Shown one piece after another: positions 1-9,191 of a stretch of 64,000 nucleotides of DNA (its first letter is position 1; each line of letters begins with the position of its first letter). The translations under genes and the position numbers were made by a program. The DNA is from an uncultured Candidatus Binatia bacterium (lineage in GTDB: Bacteria; Desulfobacterota; Binatia; UBA9968; JAJDTQ01): positions 1,504,001 to 1,568,000 of the forward strand of contig OZ244070.1 of NCBI GenBank assembly GCA_965215605.1, in the 5' to 3' direction. A model generated the notes under the pieces. The model was not told where the DNA came from. It worked only from the letters and a program-made list of their open reading frames with translations, and did no database searches.

Positions 1-1
1 C

Positions 2-181
2 GAGACCATGGGCGAGGACCCGTGGGTCTACGGGCTCAACGACACCAACCGCAACAACTTCGGCACCCTCGCGCGCTATTCCCGCGAGCAGGGCATGATC
101 AAGAAGGAACCCAACCTGGACGAGCTCTTCCACGAGACCGTCCGCGGCGAGGAGTGGCGGCTGGCGCGCTCCCGCGGGTAG
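2..181 (+). CDS. 3' end of a 4,5-dihydroxyphthalate decarboxylase-like (Pht5/OphC-like, PBP2-fold) protein, truncated by window edge
   Basis: Not in ORF track. Frame 2 reads ETMGEDPWVYGLNDTNRNNFGTLARYSREQGMIKKEPNLDELF...*, which aligns by eye with the C-terminus of 45630..46607 (GRDPWPHGIEANRKGLEKFLDYSTAQGLISHRPDLRELF). Confidence 0.75.
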   Translation, partial: ETMGEDPWVYGLNDTNRNNFGTLARYSREQGMIKKEPNLDELFHETVRGEEWRLARSRG

Positions 182-197
182 CCGCGCCCGCCTTCCC

Positions 198-1079
198 ATG
201 ATCCCCCCGCCCTTCGAATACCGGGCGCCGGATTCGCTTCCGGAAGCGCTGGCGCTGCTCCGCGAGCACGGGGATGAAGCGCGCCTGATGGCGGGAGGGC
301 AGTCGCTCCTGCCCATGCTCAAGCTGCGGCTGGTCCGTCCGGCGGTCATCATCGATATCGGGCGGCTCCAGGAGTTGGACGGCATCCGGGAAGAGGCGGA
401 TACGGTGCGCCTGGGCGCCCTGGTGACGGAGCGCGCCCTCGAACGCACGCTGGAACAGCGCCTGCCGCTCCTTTCCGAGGCCGCCGCAAGCATCGGCGAC
501 ATTCACATCCGCAACCTCGGCACCCTCGGCGGCACCCTGTGCCAGGCGGACCCCTCGGGCGACCTCGCCCCCGCGGCGCTGGCGCTGGAGGCGACGCTGA
601 CGGCGCAATCCACGGACGGAAGCCGCGCCATCGCCGCCCATGAGTTCTTCTCCGGTCCGTTCGAAACCTGTCTGGCGGACGACGAAATGGTAACCTCCAT
701 CGACGTGCCAGACCCGGCGGGAGTCCGCGGCCACGCCTACGTCAAGCTGACGCGCCGGGCCGGCGACTACGCCGTGGTGGGGGCCGCGGCGCTGGTGAGC
801 CTGTCACCGGACGGCACCTGTTCCGATGCCCGCGTCGCCCTCTGCGCGGTGGGTCCCACGGCGTTCGTCGCCGATGCCGCGGGCCGGTCGCTCCAGGGCA
901 CGAGGCTCGCGGACGGCGATCTGGCTGAAGCCGCCGCGCTCGCCGGGAAGGATGCGGATCCGGTGAGTGACGTCCACGCGTCGGCGGACTACCGCAGGGC
1001 CATGACCCCGGTGGTGGTGAACCGGGCCCTGGCCAAGGCGCGGGAAAGGGCGCGGGCGAGTCACGCGCAAAGATCGTAA
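198..1079 (+). CDS. Mo-hydroxylase FAD-binding medium subunit (CoxM/CutM-like)
   Basis: MIPPPFEY start, AGGQSLLPMLKLR, IRNLGTLGG, DVHASADYRR; first gene of an M-S-L operon. Confidence 0.93.
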   Translation: MIPPPFEYRAPDSLPEALALLREHGDEARLMAGGQSLLPMLKLRLVRPAVIIDIGRLQELDGIREEADTVRLGALVTERALERTLEQRLPLLSEAAASIGDIHIRNLGTLGGTLCQADPSGDLAPAALALEATLTAQSTDGSRAIAAHEFFSGPFETCLADDEMVTSIDVPDPAGVRGHAYVKLTRRAGDYAVVGAAALVSLSPDGTCSDARVALCAVGPTAFVADAAGRSLQGTRLADGDLAEAAALAGKDADPVSDVHASADYRRAMTPVVVNRALAKARERARASHAQRS

Positions 1080-1088
1080 CCGCGGATC

Positions 1089-1559
1089 ATGCAACGGATC
1101 ACCGTCAACACCACCATCAACGGCACGGACTTCTCGTTCGAGGTGGAGCCGCGGCTCCTGCTGGTGGACCTCATCCGCGACAAGGCCGGCCTCAAGGGTA
1201 CCCACGTGGGCTGCGACACCGGCAACTGCGGCGCCTGCACGGTGCTCATGAACGGCGTGACGGTGAAGTCGTGCCAGGTGCTGGCCCCCCGGGCGGGAGG
1301 GGCGGACATCCGCACGGTGGAAGGGCTGGCCCGGGACGGAACGCTGCATCCGATCCAGGAAGCGTTCTGGGAGTGCGACGGGCTGGAGTGCGGCTTCTGC
1401 ACCCCCGGCATGCTCATGACCACGGCGGCGTTCCTCGAAGAGAATCCCCATCCCTCCGACCGGGAAATCCGCCGGGCCTATTCCGGCAACCTGTGCCGCT
1501 GCACCGGCTACCTGAACATCATCAAGGCGGTGAAACGGGCGGCGGAGACGATGGGCTGA
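1089..1559 (+). CDS. Mo-hydroxylase 2x[2Fe-2S] small subunit (CoxS/CutS-like)
   Basis: GCDTGNCGACTV...C and ECGFCTPG...GNLCRCTGY cysteine motifs. Confidence 0.95.
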   Translation: MQRITVNTTINGTDFSFEVEPRLLLVDLIRDKAGLKGTHVGCDTGNCGACTVLMNGVTVKSCQVLAPRAGGADIRTVEGLARDGTLHPIQEAFWECDGLECGFCTPGMLMTTAAFLEENPHPSDREIRRAYSGNLCRCTGYLNIIKAVKRAAETMG

Positions 1560-1569
1560 TCGAACCACC

Positions 1570-3981
1570 ATGGCGACCTACGTCGGCAAGAGCATCAAGC
1601 GCAAGGAGTCCTTCGACTCCATCCAGGGGAAGAACACCTATATCGGCGACATCGAGGTCCCCGGGATGCTCCATGCCGCCATCCACCGAAGCCCCTACGC
1701 CCACGCCCGGGTGATGCGAGTGGACCTGTCGGAGGCGCTTGAGCAGCCGGGCGTGGTGGCGGCCATGAGCGGCGAGGATGTCCGGCGCCTGTCCCGGCCC
1801 CTGGCGCCCTTCCCCTTCACCCGGACCAAGCCGTACACCAGCGACTACCCACGGGTGCGGTTCGCCGACCACTACTGTCTGGCGGTGGACCGGGTGCGGC
1901 ACGTGGGCGAGGCGGTGGCAGTAGTGGTGTCGGAGGACCGCTACGCGGCGGCGGACGCGGCGGAGGCGGTGCGGGTGGAATACGAGCCCCTGCCTCCGGT
2001 GGTGGACGTGGAGGCCGCGCTGGAGCGGGGGTCCGTGCGGCTCTACGAGGAGTGGCCCGACAACATCCAGTACGAGTTCCGCTTCAGCGAAGGGCCGGTG
2101 GAGAAGCTTCTGGAGGAAGCCCCGGTGGTGATCCGGGAACGCATCGTGCAACACCGGTACACCGGAACGCCCATGGAGCCCCGGGGAGTCATCGCCAGCG
2201 TCGACCAGCGGGACAACCTGCTGACGCTGTGGTCGTCCACCCAGGTGCCCCACGCGCTTCCCAATCTGGTCCTGGAGACCCTCGGCCGCGAGGACCTCAA
2301 GATCCGGGTGATCTCGCCCACCATGGGCGGCGGCTTCGGCATCAAGTGGGCGTTCTATCCCGAAGAGGTGCTGATGCCGCTCTTGTCGCTCCAGCTCAAC
2401 CGGCCGGTGGGCTGGCGGGAGAGCCGCAGCGAGCACATGGTGGCGTCACACCATTCCCGGGCCCAGGTGGACCACGTGGAGGCGGGCTTCGACCGGGCCG
2501 GCCGCATCACCGCCCTCAAGACCCATGTGATCGTGGACTTGGGCGCCGCCTACCCCAGCGGCGGCACCTCCCTGGCCTTCGTCACCGCCAACTTCATCCC
2601 CGGGCCCTACCGTGTCGACAACTACGCCACCACCTCCTTCGGCGTGGTCACCAACAAGACCGCCGCCGGCCCCCACCGGGCCAACGGCAAGGCCGAGTCC
2701 AACTTCATCATGGAGCGGGTGATGGACCGGGCCGCCCTGGAGCTGGGTTTGGGCAAGGACGAGATCCGGCGCCGCAACCTGATCCAGCCCCACGAGTTCC
2801 CCTACACCTGCGTTACCGGGTCCACCTACGACAGCGGCGACTACCCCGCGTGCCTGCGGAAGGCGCTGGCGGAGGCGGACTACGCCGACCTGCTGGCGGA
2901 CCGGGACCGGTGCCGCCTGGAGGGGCGCTACCGGGGCGTCGGCCTGGCGTTCCTGCTGGAGCCCCTGAGCTCGCTCCGGCCCAATGCCTACAACGCGGGC
3001 TACGAGACTGTGACGGTCCGGGTGGACCCGGTGGGCAAGGCCTGGGTGTTCTCGGGCGACGTGAACATGAGCATGAGCCACAAGACCACCCTGTCCCAGG
3101 TGGTGGCGGACGAGCTGGGCGTGCGCTTCGAGGACGTGCACGTGTTCGAGGGCGACAGCGCCCTGGTCTCGGCGTCCAGCGGGTCCTACGCCAGCCGGTT
3201 CTCGACGGTGACGATTTCGGCGGCCATCAAGGCCAGCCGCGCCGTGAGGACAAAAATACTGGCGATCGCCGCGCACTCGCTCCGGACCCATCCCGAGGCC
3301 CTCGAATGTACCGGCGGCGTGATTCTGGGCCGGGACAAGCCGGGCGTTGCCCTCACGGTCAAGGAAGTGGCCAACATCGCCTACTACTCCATCAACCAAC
3401 TGCCGGGGAACATGGATCCGGGCCTGCACGACACCCACTATTTCATCAATCCCAACACCAGCTTCGAGCCGGACGCCAAGGGCCGGACGTCGAACTTCTC
3501 GACGTTCCCCTACGCCGCTCACGTGGCCTACGTGGAAGTGAACGCCGCCACCGGCGAGACCACGATCCTCCGGTATCTTACCGTGGACGACTCCGGCAAC
3601 ATGGTGAACCCGATGATCGTCGACACCCAGATCACCGGCGCCATCTCCCACGGCGTCGGGGGCGCGTTTCTGGAAGAGCTGGTGTATGACGAGCAGGGAC
3701 AGCTCCTGTCCGGAAACTTCGCCGACTACCTGATCCCGTCCATGGCGGAGATGCCGGACCTGGAGATCCATCACATGGTGACGCCCATGCCCTTCACCCC
3801 GGGCGGGTTCAAGGGAGTTGGGGAGATCGGCGCCATCGGCCCGCCGGTGGTGCTGGCCAGCGCGATCGAGGATGCGCTGGCGCCGCTGGGGGTCAAGATC
3901 ATGAGTCTGCCGCTCAAGCCGGAGAACATCTGGCGGGCGATACACGGAAAGCGCAAAGCAACAACAGGAGAGCGGACATGA
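1570..3981 (+). CDS. Xanthine dehydrogenase family molybdopterin-binding large subunit (CoxL-like; not a form I CO dehydrogenase)
   Basis: 803 aa; RSPYAHA, MEPRG, STQVPH, MGGGFG, GSYASR, KGVGE (catalytic Glu). Active-site loop reads GPHRANGK, not AYxCSFR. Confidence 0.93.
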   Translation: MATYVGKSIKRKESFDSIQGKNTYIGDIEVPGMLHAAIHRSPYAHARVMRVDLSEALEQPGVVAAMSGEDVRRLSRPLAPFPFTRTKPYTSDYPRVRFADHYCLAVDRVRHVGEAVAVVVSEDRYAAADAAEAVRVEYEPLPPVVDVEAALERGSVRLYEEWPDNIQYEFRFSEGPVEKLLEEAPVVIRERIVQHRYTGTPMEPRGVIASVDQRDNLLTLWSSTQVPHALPNLVLETLGREDLKIRVISPTMGGGFGIKWAFYPEEVLMPLLSLQLNRPVGWRESRSEHMVASHHSRAQVDHVEAGFDRAGRITALKTHVIVDLGAAYPSGGTSLAFVTANFIPGPYRVDNYATTSFGVVTNKTAAGPHRANGKAESNFIMERVMDRAALELGLGKDEIRRRNLIQPHEFPYTCVTGSTYDSGDYPACLRKALAEADYADLLADRDRCRLEGRYRGVGLAFLLEPLSSLRPNAYNAGYETVTVRVDPVGKAWVFSGDVNMSMSHKTTLSQVVADELGVRFEDVHVFEGDSALVSASSGSYASRFSTVTISAAIKASRAVRTKILAIAAHSLRTHPEALECTGGVILGRDKPGVALTVKEVANIAYYSINQLPGNMDPGLHDTHYFINPNTSFEPDAKGRTSNFSTFPYAAHVAYVEVNAATGETTILRYLTVDDSGNMVNPMIVDTQITGAISHGVGGAFLEELVYDEQGQLLSGNFADYLIPSMAEMPDLEIHHMVTPMPFTPGGFKGVGEIGAIGPPVVLASAIEDALAPLGVKIMSLPLKPENIWRAIHGKRKATTGERT

Positions 3982-4841
3982 GCGAGACAGGGAACGGTTT
4001 CACGGAACGGGCGACGCGGGAGCTGGCGCGGGTGTCGGCGGTCTTCGCCGCGGGCGAGGCGGAGATCGCCGACACCTATTTCAACTGGGACCAGCGGGAC
4101 CGGGAAAAGGAGGTCCTCTGGCTCACCAAGCAGGCGGGCCGGGAGATCGAGAGCACCTTCACGGGCCTGAAGGAGGTCGTCGAGAAGGTGGGCGGCGACT
4201 TCATGAAGTCGGACCAGTACTGGGTCGACCGGTGGGGCGGCGACGTCGACCGGAACTGGCTGGAGGAAAACCTCTGGCGCACCAAGCAGGAGCTCAACCA
4301 CGGCAACCGGTGCGTGGACATCATCGAATGGCTCACCGGCGAGCCCGTGGACATCAAGGAGGTGGTGCGCCGCTACAATCGCTGGACTCCCGATCCGTCG
4401 CTGCCCGACATGAAGGAATGGGTGCGGCTGGCGGAGGTGTTCCGGGAGCAGGAGGCCCGCCAGGAACCCTGGGCGCGGCTCATCAACTCCCAGGGACTGC
4501 TCGAGGGCGGCAGTTGCGGCCTGTTCTACGCAGCATCCCAATTGAGCGGCAGCGAGCTCAACGACCGCCTTTCCGAGGCCTTCACCGTGGTGCTCGACGA
4601 CGAGCGCGGCCACGGGCCCGCCAACATCTACCAGATCGCCGACGCCTTCACCACGCAGGAGGCGGTGGACGGCGCCAGGGGCCTGATGGTGGAGCGGGGC
4701 ATCCAGCGTCTGCGCATGCGCAACGAGCAGTTCAGCTTTCCCATCGACGAGGCCCGCATCCAGGACATCGCCGCCGGCAACATCGGCCTGGACGTCACCA
4801 AGGCCATCTGGGGCGAGACCTTGGCGAAGTTCATCGACTAG
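3978..4841 (+). CDS. Ferritin-like (di-iron four-helix bundle) protein
   Basis: Two ExxH motifs (QELNHG, DERGHG) with upstream Glu residues (REIES, LLEGG); ATGA overlap with the large-subunit gene; host-like codon usage. Confidence 0.7.
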   Translation: MSETGNGFTERATRELARVSAVFAAGEAEIADTYFNWDQRDREKEVLWLTKQAGREIESTFTGLKEVVEKVGGDFMKSDQYWVDRWGGDVDRNWLEENLWRTKQELNHGNRCVDIIEWLTGEPVDIKEVVRRYNRWTPDPSLPDMKEWVRLAEVFREQEARQEPWARLINSQGLLEGGSCGLFYAASQLSGSELNDRLSEAFTVVLDDERGHGPANIYQIADAFTTQEAVDGARGLMVERGIQRLRMRNEQFSFPIDEARIQDIAAGNIGLDVTKAIWGETLAKFID

Positions 4842-5117
4842 CACCAAACGCCACCGCACCGCCGAACTCAGAGGTATTCCTCTGACCCGTCGGCAAAGAC
4901 GTGCGCAGGTTCGATCGACGTCCTTTTCGCTCCCCTGTGCGAAGTCACGGACGATGCGCCGACCGAAGGGGTCATGGCAGTTGATGAGATAGACAGACTC
5001 CGTCGCTTGCCTGCTCTTCCGATCGCTCAAGGGCAACAGTAAAACGTGCTAAAAAGGGAGTCCGAGGTACCGCTTGCCTGCCGAAATGATTCCTATGAGA
5101 GGTGGAGGCACGTAACC

Positions 5118-7907
5118 ATGAGCGGCAGCACAAAAGACGAGTGGCCGTATCCGGGTTCGCGCTGGTGGAAATTCGATTTCCACACACATACACCCGCTTC
5201 TTTTGATTTTGCGGAGCCGGGACTGTCACCCGAGGGTTGGCTACAGTGCTACATGGCGGCGGGTGTCGACTGCGTGGTCGTAACCGATCACAACAGCGGC
5301 TCGTGGATCGATAAGCTCAGGCATGCTTATCAACAGATGAAACAGCAGGCGGCGTCAGAAACCGGACATGGTGGATTTCGTGAACTGACACTCTTTCCGG
5401 GCGTAGAACTTTCAGTGAACGGCGGTTTCCATCTGCTGGCGATACTCGATCCAAGTGCCGACACGGCCCAGGTTGACACCCTGCTGGGACAGGTGGACTA
5501 CGACGGCACCAAGGGTCAAAGCGACGGCGTCACACGTAAGGGGGCTGCGGAGGTCGTCAAGGCTGTGTTGAACGCCGGAGGCATCCCGATTCCGGCCCAT
5601 GCTGATGGTGAAAAGGGGTTGTTGCGCCTGAAACAGGGGAATTCCGGCGCACTCGACGCCAATTCCGTCCGTCAAGTTCTGGATGAACCCGGTATTCTGG
5701 CAATGGAGGTGGTGGATACAAGGAACCCGAAACCTGAAATCTATCACGAACGTAAGTTGTTGTGGTCGGAAGTCCTCGGCAGTGATTGCCATAGGTTGCA
5801 GGGCGAATTCAGTCCTGGTTCCCAGTACACTTGGGTGAAGATGGCAGAGCCTTCACTTGAAGGGCTCCGGTTAGCTCTGTTGGACGGCAACGGCGTTTCG
5901 ATTCGGCGTAGCGATGAGGGTGGGTTCGAGCCGTTCAAGACGCCCGCGCACTTCATTACCGGTTTGCAGGTTCGAAGCGCCCGCTTTATGGGGAACGGAG
6001 TCCCCGAGACCGTAGCGTTGAGTCCCTTCTACAATGCCGTGGTCGGCGGCCGCGGCACGGGCAAGTCCACCCTCGTATGTGCGATCCGGTTGGCGTATCG
6101 TCGCGAGTCTGAACTCAAGAGACTCAGCGAAGACGCAGACCCGCGTCGTCACCTCGAAGCTTTCGTGAAACCAATCAAAGGCCGTGACGGTGGCGGCGCG
6201 CTACGGGAGAACACCGAAATTAGGGTCGAATTGCTGCGCGAAGGTATCGTCCACAGGCTAAGGTGGCGGCCGGATGGAACAGGAGATGTTGTCGAAGAAT
6301 GCGACGCTGATGGCCAGTGGCGATCCTCTGCCAGCCAGGCAATCCATGCCGAGCGCTTTCCAATCCGTTTGCTGTCACAGGGACAGATTGCAGCAATGGC
6401 GGGCGACAATCGCCAAGCCCTACTCGATATTATCGATGATGAAGCACACGTTGCTGCGCAGCATCGGACCTTCGACGAAGCAAAGAACACATACCTCTAC
6501 CAACGAGCTAGACTCCGTGAACTCGAAGGACGCTTGGCTGGTCGGCAGGAGTTGCAGCGCAAGCTCGATGAGGTGTCTCGCAAGCTCGAGACTTTGACTC
6601 AATCACACCATGCGGAGGTCCTGAAAGCCCACCAACAGGCGACGAGACAGCGACGGGAAATCGACGCCACATTAGAGCAGTTGAAGGAGATACCTGAACG
6701 GATCCAGACATTCGCGCAGGATTTGATACTCGACGACTGGCCAGAGGATGTCTTTGATACCGAACTGGATGCCGACGCCTTGGAGTGGCGCCGTGAGGTA
6801 GAGAAGGTACTGTCGGAAGCGCTTGAAGCACTGGCCGAGGCAGGTGGAAACTTGCTCGCTACGACGCAACCTCTTGTTTCACATGATCGGCTCAACCAAT
6901 GGCGCCAACGCGCGGGTCAAGCCCATGCAGCCTATGACGCGCTTCAGGTCACATTGGCGGAGCAGGGGGTGTCCGACCCACGCGTGTTTGGCGATCTCGT
7001 CTTGGAACGGCAGCGTTTGGAAGCACAAGGCAAGGAACTCGAACAGTTGCAGGAGGAGGCAGCGCGGTTGCAAACCGATATTGAGGCTCAATGGCAACGA
7101 GTGTTTTGGGCACGCAAAGCGATAGCAGACGCACGAGCGGCGTTTGTGGACGGTGCATTGGCCGCGAATGCGTTCGTGAAAATGGAAGTGATCCCGTTTG
7201 GCTTTGATGCGCAAGTGATTGAGCGCAGCCTGCGTGCAATGCTGGACGTCGAGGATGAACGCTTCGAGGGCGATCTACTCCCTTTGGTTAACGGTGAGCC
7301 CAAGTCCGGTTTAGTAGTCGAATTGTCGCAAGCAACCGATCATGCGGAGAAGCTCGCTGAAGTGAAGCAGAGGATGATCGACGTTGACGAAAGGCTCGGC
7401 GGTCACTTCCGAAACTACCTGAAGCGCCGGTTGGAAAGGCCGGAGTTTGCCGATCACCTCCGTTGCTGGTTCCCCGAAGATGACCTGCGCATCGAATACA
7501 GCCGTGGCGACAACCAGTGGGCGCCGATCCGAGAAGGCTCACAGGGCCAACGCGCGGCGGCTCTGCTGGCGTTTCTGCTCGCATTTGGAGACGAACCCTT
7601 GGTGCTCGATCAACCGGAAGATGACCTGGACAATCACCTGATCTACGACTTGATCGTACGCCAAATTCGCGCGAACAAGCTGCGCAGGCAACTCATCATT
7701 GTAACGCACAACCCCAATGTCGTGGTGAATGGGGATGCCGAGATGGTCCACGCGCTGGATTTTAGTTCGGGCCAGTGTCGCGTCATTCAGCGTGGCGCGC
7801 TTCAGGACACGTCAGTGCGTGAGGAGGTGTGCCGAGTCATGGAAGGCGGTCGTGAAGCGTTCGCACGCCGCTGGGCGCGTCTGGGAAGAGACCCCAAGTA
7901 TGTTTGA
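5118..7907 (+). CDS. PHP phosphoesterase fused to an ABC/SMC-like coiled-coil ATPase (Ppl/TrlF-like)
   Basis: ATG 5118 after GGAGG. PHP motifs DFHTHTPAS, VTDHNS, GVEL, HLL, IPAH, GSDCH; Walker A GGRGTGKS; Q-loop LSQGQI; long coiled coil; signature SQGQRAAA; Walker B/D-loop LVLDQPEDDLD; H-loop IVTHNP. Confidence 0.9.
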   Translation: MSGSTKDEWPYPGSRWWKFDFHTHTPASFDFAEPGLSPEGWLQCYMAAGVDCVVVTDHNSGSWIDKLRHAYQQMKQQAASETGHGGFRELTLFPGVELSVNGGFHLLAILDPSADTAQVDTLLGQVDYDGTKGQSDGVTRKGAAEVVKAVLNAGGIPIPAHADGEKGLLRLKQGNSGALDANSVRQVLDEPGILAMEVVDTRNPKPEIYHERKLLWSEVLGSDCHRLQGEFSPGSQYTWVKMAEPSLEGLRLALLDGNGVSIRRSDEGGFEPFKTPAHFITGLQVRSARFMGNGVPETVALSPFYNAVVGGRGTGKSTLVCAIRLAYRRESELKRLSEDADPRRHLEAFVKPIKGRDGGGALRENTEIRVELLREGIVHRLRWRPDGTGDVVEECDADGQWRSSASQAIHAERFPIRLLSQGQIAAMAGDNRQALLDIIDDEAHVAAQHRTFDEAKNTYLYQRARLRELEGRLAGRQELQRKLDEVSRKLETLTQSHHAEVLKAHQQATRQRREIDATLEQLKEIPERIQTFAQDLILDDWPEDVFDTELDADALEWRREVEKVLSEALEALAEAGGNLLATTQPLVSHDRLNQWRQRAGQAHAAYDALQVTLAEQGVSDPRVFGDLVLERQRLEAQGKELEQLQEEAARLQTDIEAQWQRVFWARKAIADARAAFVDGALAANAFVKMEVIPFGFDAQVIERSLRAMLDVEDERFEGDLLPLVNGEPKSGLVVELSQATDHAEKLAEVKQRMIDVDERLGGHFRNYLKRRLERPEFADHLRCWFPEDDLRIEYSRGDNQWAPIREGSQGQRAAALLAFLLAFGDEPLVLDQPEDDLDNHLIYDLIVRQIRANKLRRQLIIVTHNPNVVVNGDAEMVHALDFSSGQCRVIQRGALQDTSVREEVCRVMEGGREAFARRWARLGRDPKYV

Positions 7908-9168
7908 CAACCCACTAGAGCTACTGGACGCGATTCGGCTGGGCGAAAGCAGCCGTCTGGAGTTCAAAGAAGTGCGCTTCGCTGGCGGTAAAGTCCGGGG
8001 ACCCAGCCGCGACGCGCTCGCAGACGGGCTGGCTGCTTTCGCCAACAGTCATGGTGGTGTGTTTGTCCTCGGGGTTGAGGACAAGACTCATGAAGTGACT
8101 GGTGTTCCAGAGGAGCGCCTGGATGCGGTCGTGGATCTGGTCCGCGAAGTGTGCTCGGATTCCATCGATCCCCCCATTGAAGACGTCGTTCTGGAGCGGC
8201 TCCGGTTGCCTTCAAGCTCTGGTGAGTCATTGGCCGTTGTAAGGGTAGAAGTGCCGCGCAGCCTGTTTGTCCATCGAAGCCCGGGCGGTTTCATGGCTCG
8301 GACGACCGATTCAAAACGCCCTATGTCCCCGGAGCGGCTTGCCCGTCTCTTTCAGCAACGCAGCCAGACGCGTCTCATCCGCTTCGACGAGCAGGTCGTC
8401 GGGACCGCCCGAATGGACAATCTGGAGCCACGCTTGTGGCAGCGGTTCCGCACGTCCCGCTCCGACGACGACCGGGACGATTTTCTCAACAAGCTTGGTA
8501 TGGTACGTGCCGACGAGGACGGCACGGTGAAGCCAACGGTGGCCGGCATCTTGATGGCCACCGAAGATCCGCGCCTGTGGTTGCCCAATGCGTATGTCCA
8601 AGCAGTCGCGTATCGTGGAGACGTTATCCGACCCTCGACGGTTGACGCCTACCAACTAGACGCCGCGGATGTGACAGGACCTCTCGACCATCAGATTGTC
8701 GAGGCCTGTCGATTCGTGGCTAGGAACATGAAGACGGCGGCATACAAGGAACAAGGACGCACGGACAAACCACAATATGAGCTAACCGCCGTGTTCGAGG
8801 CTATGGTGAATGCAGTAGCCCACAGGGACTACTCGATTCATGGCTCCAAGGTAAGACTGCGACTATTCGAGAACCGCCTGGAGATATATTCCCCCGGAAC
8901 CGTTCCTAACTCGTTGACCATTGAGAACCTCCGCTACCGGCAGTCAGCGCGGAACGAGGCCATTTGCAGCCTTTTGGCCAAGTGTGCAGTCCCTGACGGG
9001 GCTTGGTTGACGACGGACCGACGGAACATTATGGACAAACGCGGTGAAGGAGTGCCGCTTATCCTGGATCGTAGCGCAGAGTTGTCCGGCCGGGATCCCG
9101 AGTACCGGCTGATTGACGATGCAGAACTCCTTCTGACGATTTTCGCCGCAAGTGAGTATACTCTCTAG
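7900..9168 (+). CDS. Schlafen/AlbA_2 domain + HATPase_c_4 (RecG-C-terminal-like) protein, about 422 aa, no C-terminal HTH
   Basis: ATG 7900 overlaps upstream stop (ATGTTTGA). GESSRLEFKE, AAFANSHGG, GVED (AlbA_2); EAMVNAVAHRDYS, SPG, RNEAI, MDKRGEG (HATPase_c_4). Confidence 0.88.
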   Translation: MFDNPLELLDAIRLGESSRLEFKEVRFAGGKVRGPSRDALADGLAAFANSHGGVFVLGVEDKTHEVTGVPEERLDAVVDLVREVCSDSIDPPIEDVVLERLRLPSSSGESLAVVRVEVPRSLFVHRSPGGFMARTTDSKRPMSPERLARLFQQRSQTRLIRFDEQVVGTARMDNLEPRLWQRFRTSRSDDDRDDFLNKLGMVRADEDGTVKPTVAGILMATEDPRLWLPNAYVQAVAYRGDVIRPSTVDAYQLDAADVTGPLDHQIVEACRFVARNMKTAAYKEQGRTDKPQYELTAVFEAMVNAVAHRDYSIHGSKVRLRLFENRLEIYSPGTVPNSLTIENLRYRQSARNEAICSLLAKCAVPDGAWLTTDRRNIMDKRGEGVPLILDRSAELSGRDPEYRLIDDAELLLTIFAASEYTL

Positions 9169-9191
9169 CTCTCGTAAATCCTGAGAACGGC

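Larger units (their letters stand above)
4842..9190. mobile_element. Putative horizontally acquired two-gene islet (no integrase or transposase visible)
   Basis: Abrupt shift to more A/T-rich sequence and A/T-ending codons relative to flanking genes; carries defence-type domains; boundaries approximate. Confidence 0.6.

Noticed and set aside
198-3981. Aerobic CO dehydrogenase (coxMSL)
   Set aside because: Lacks the AYxCSFR Cu-binding loop and coxDEFG; called a generic Mo-hydroxylase.
7900-9168. RecG helicase or transcriptional regulator annotation
   Set aside because: No SF2 helicase motifs and no HTH; the domains are AlbA_2 and HATPase_c_4.
4838-9169. CTAGC target-site duplication flanking the islet
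   Set aside because: Only 5 bp, both copies coincide with stop codons, and no terminal inverted repeats were found; too weak to call.
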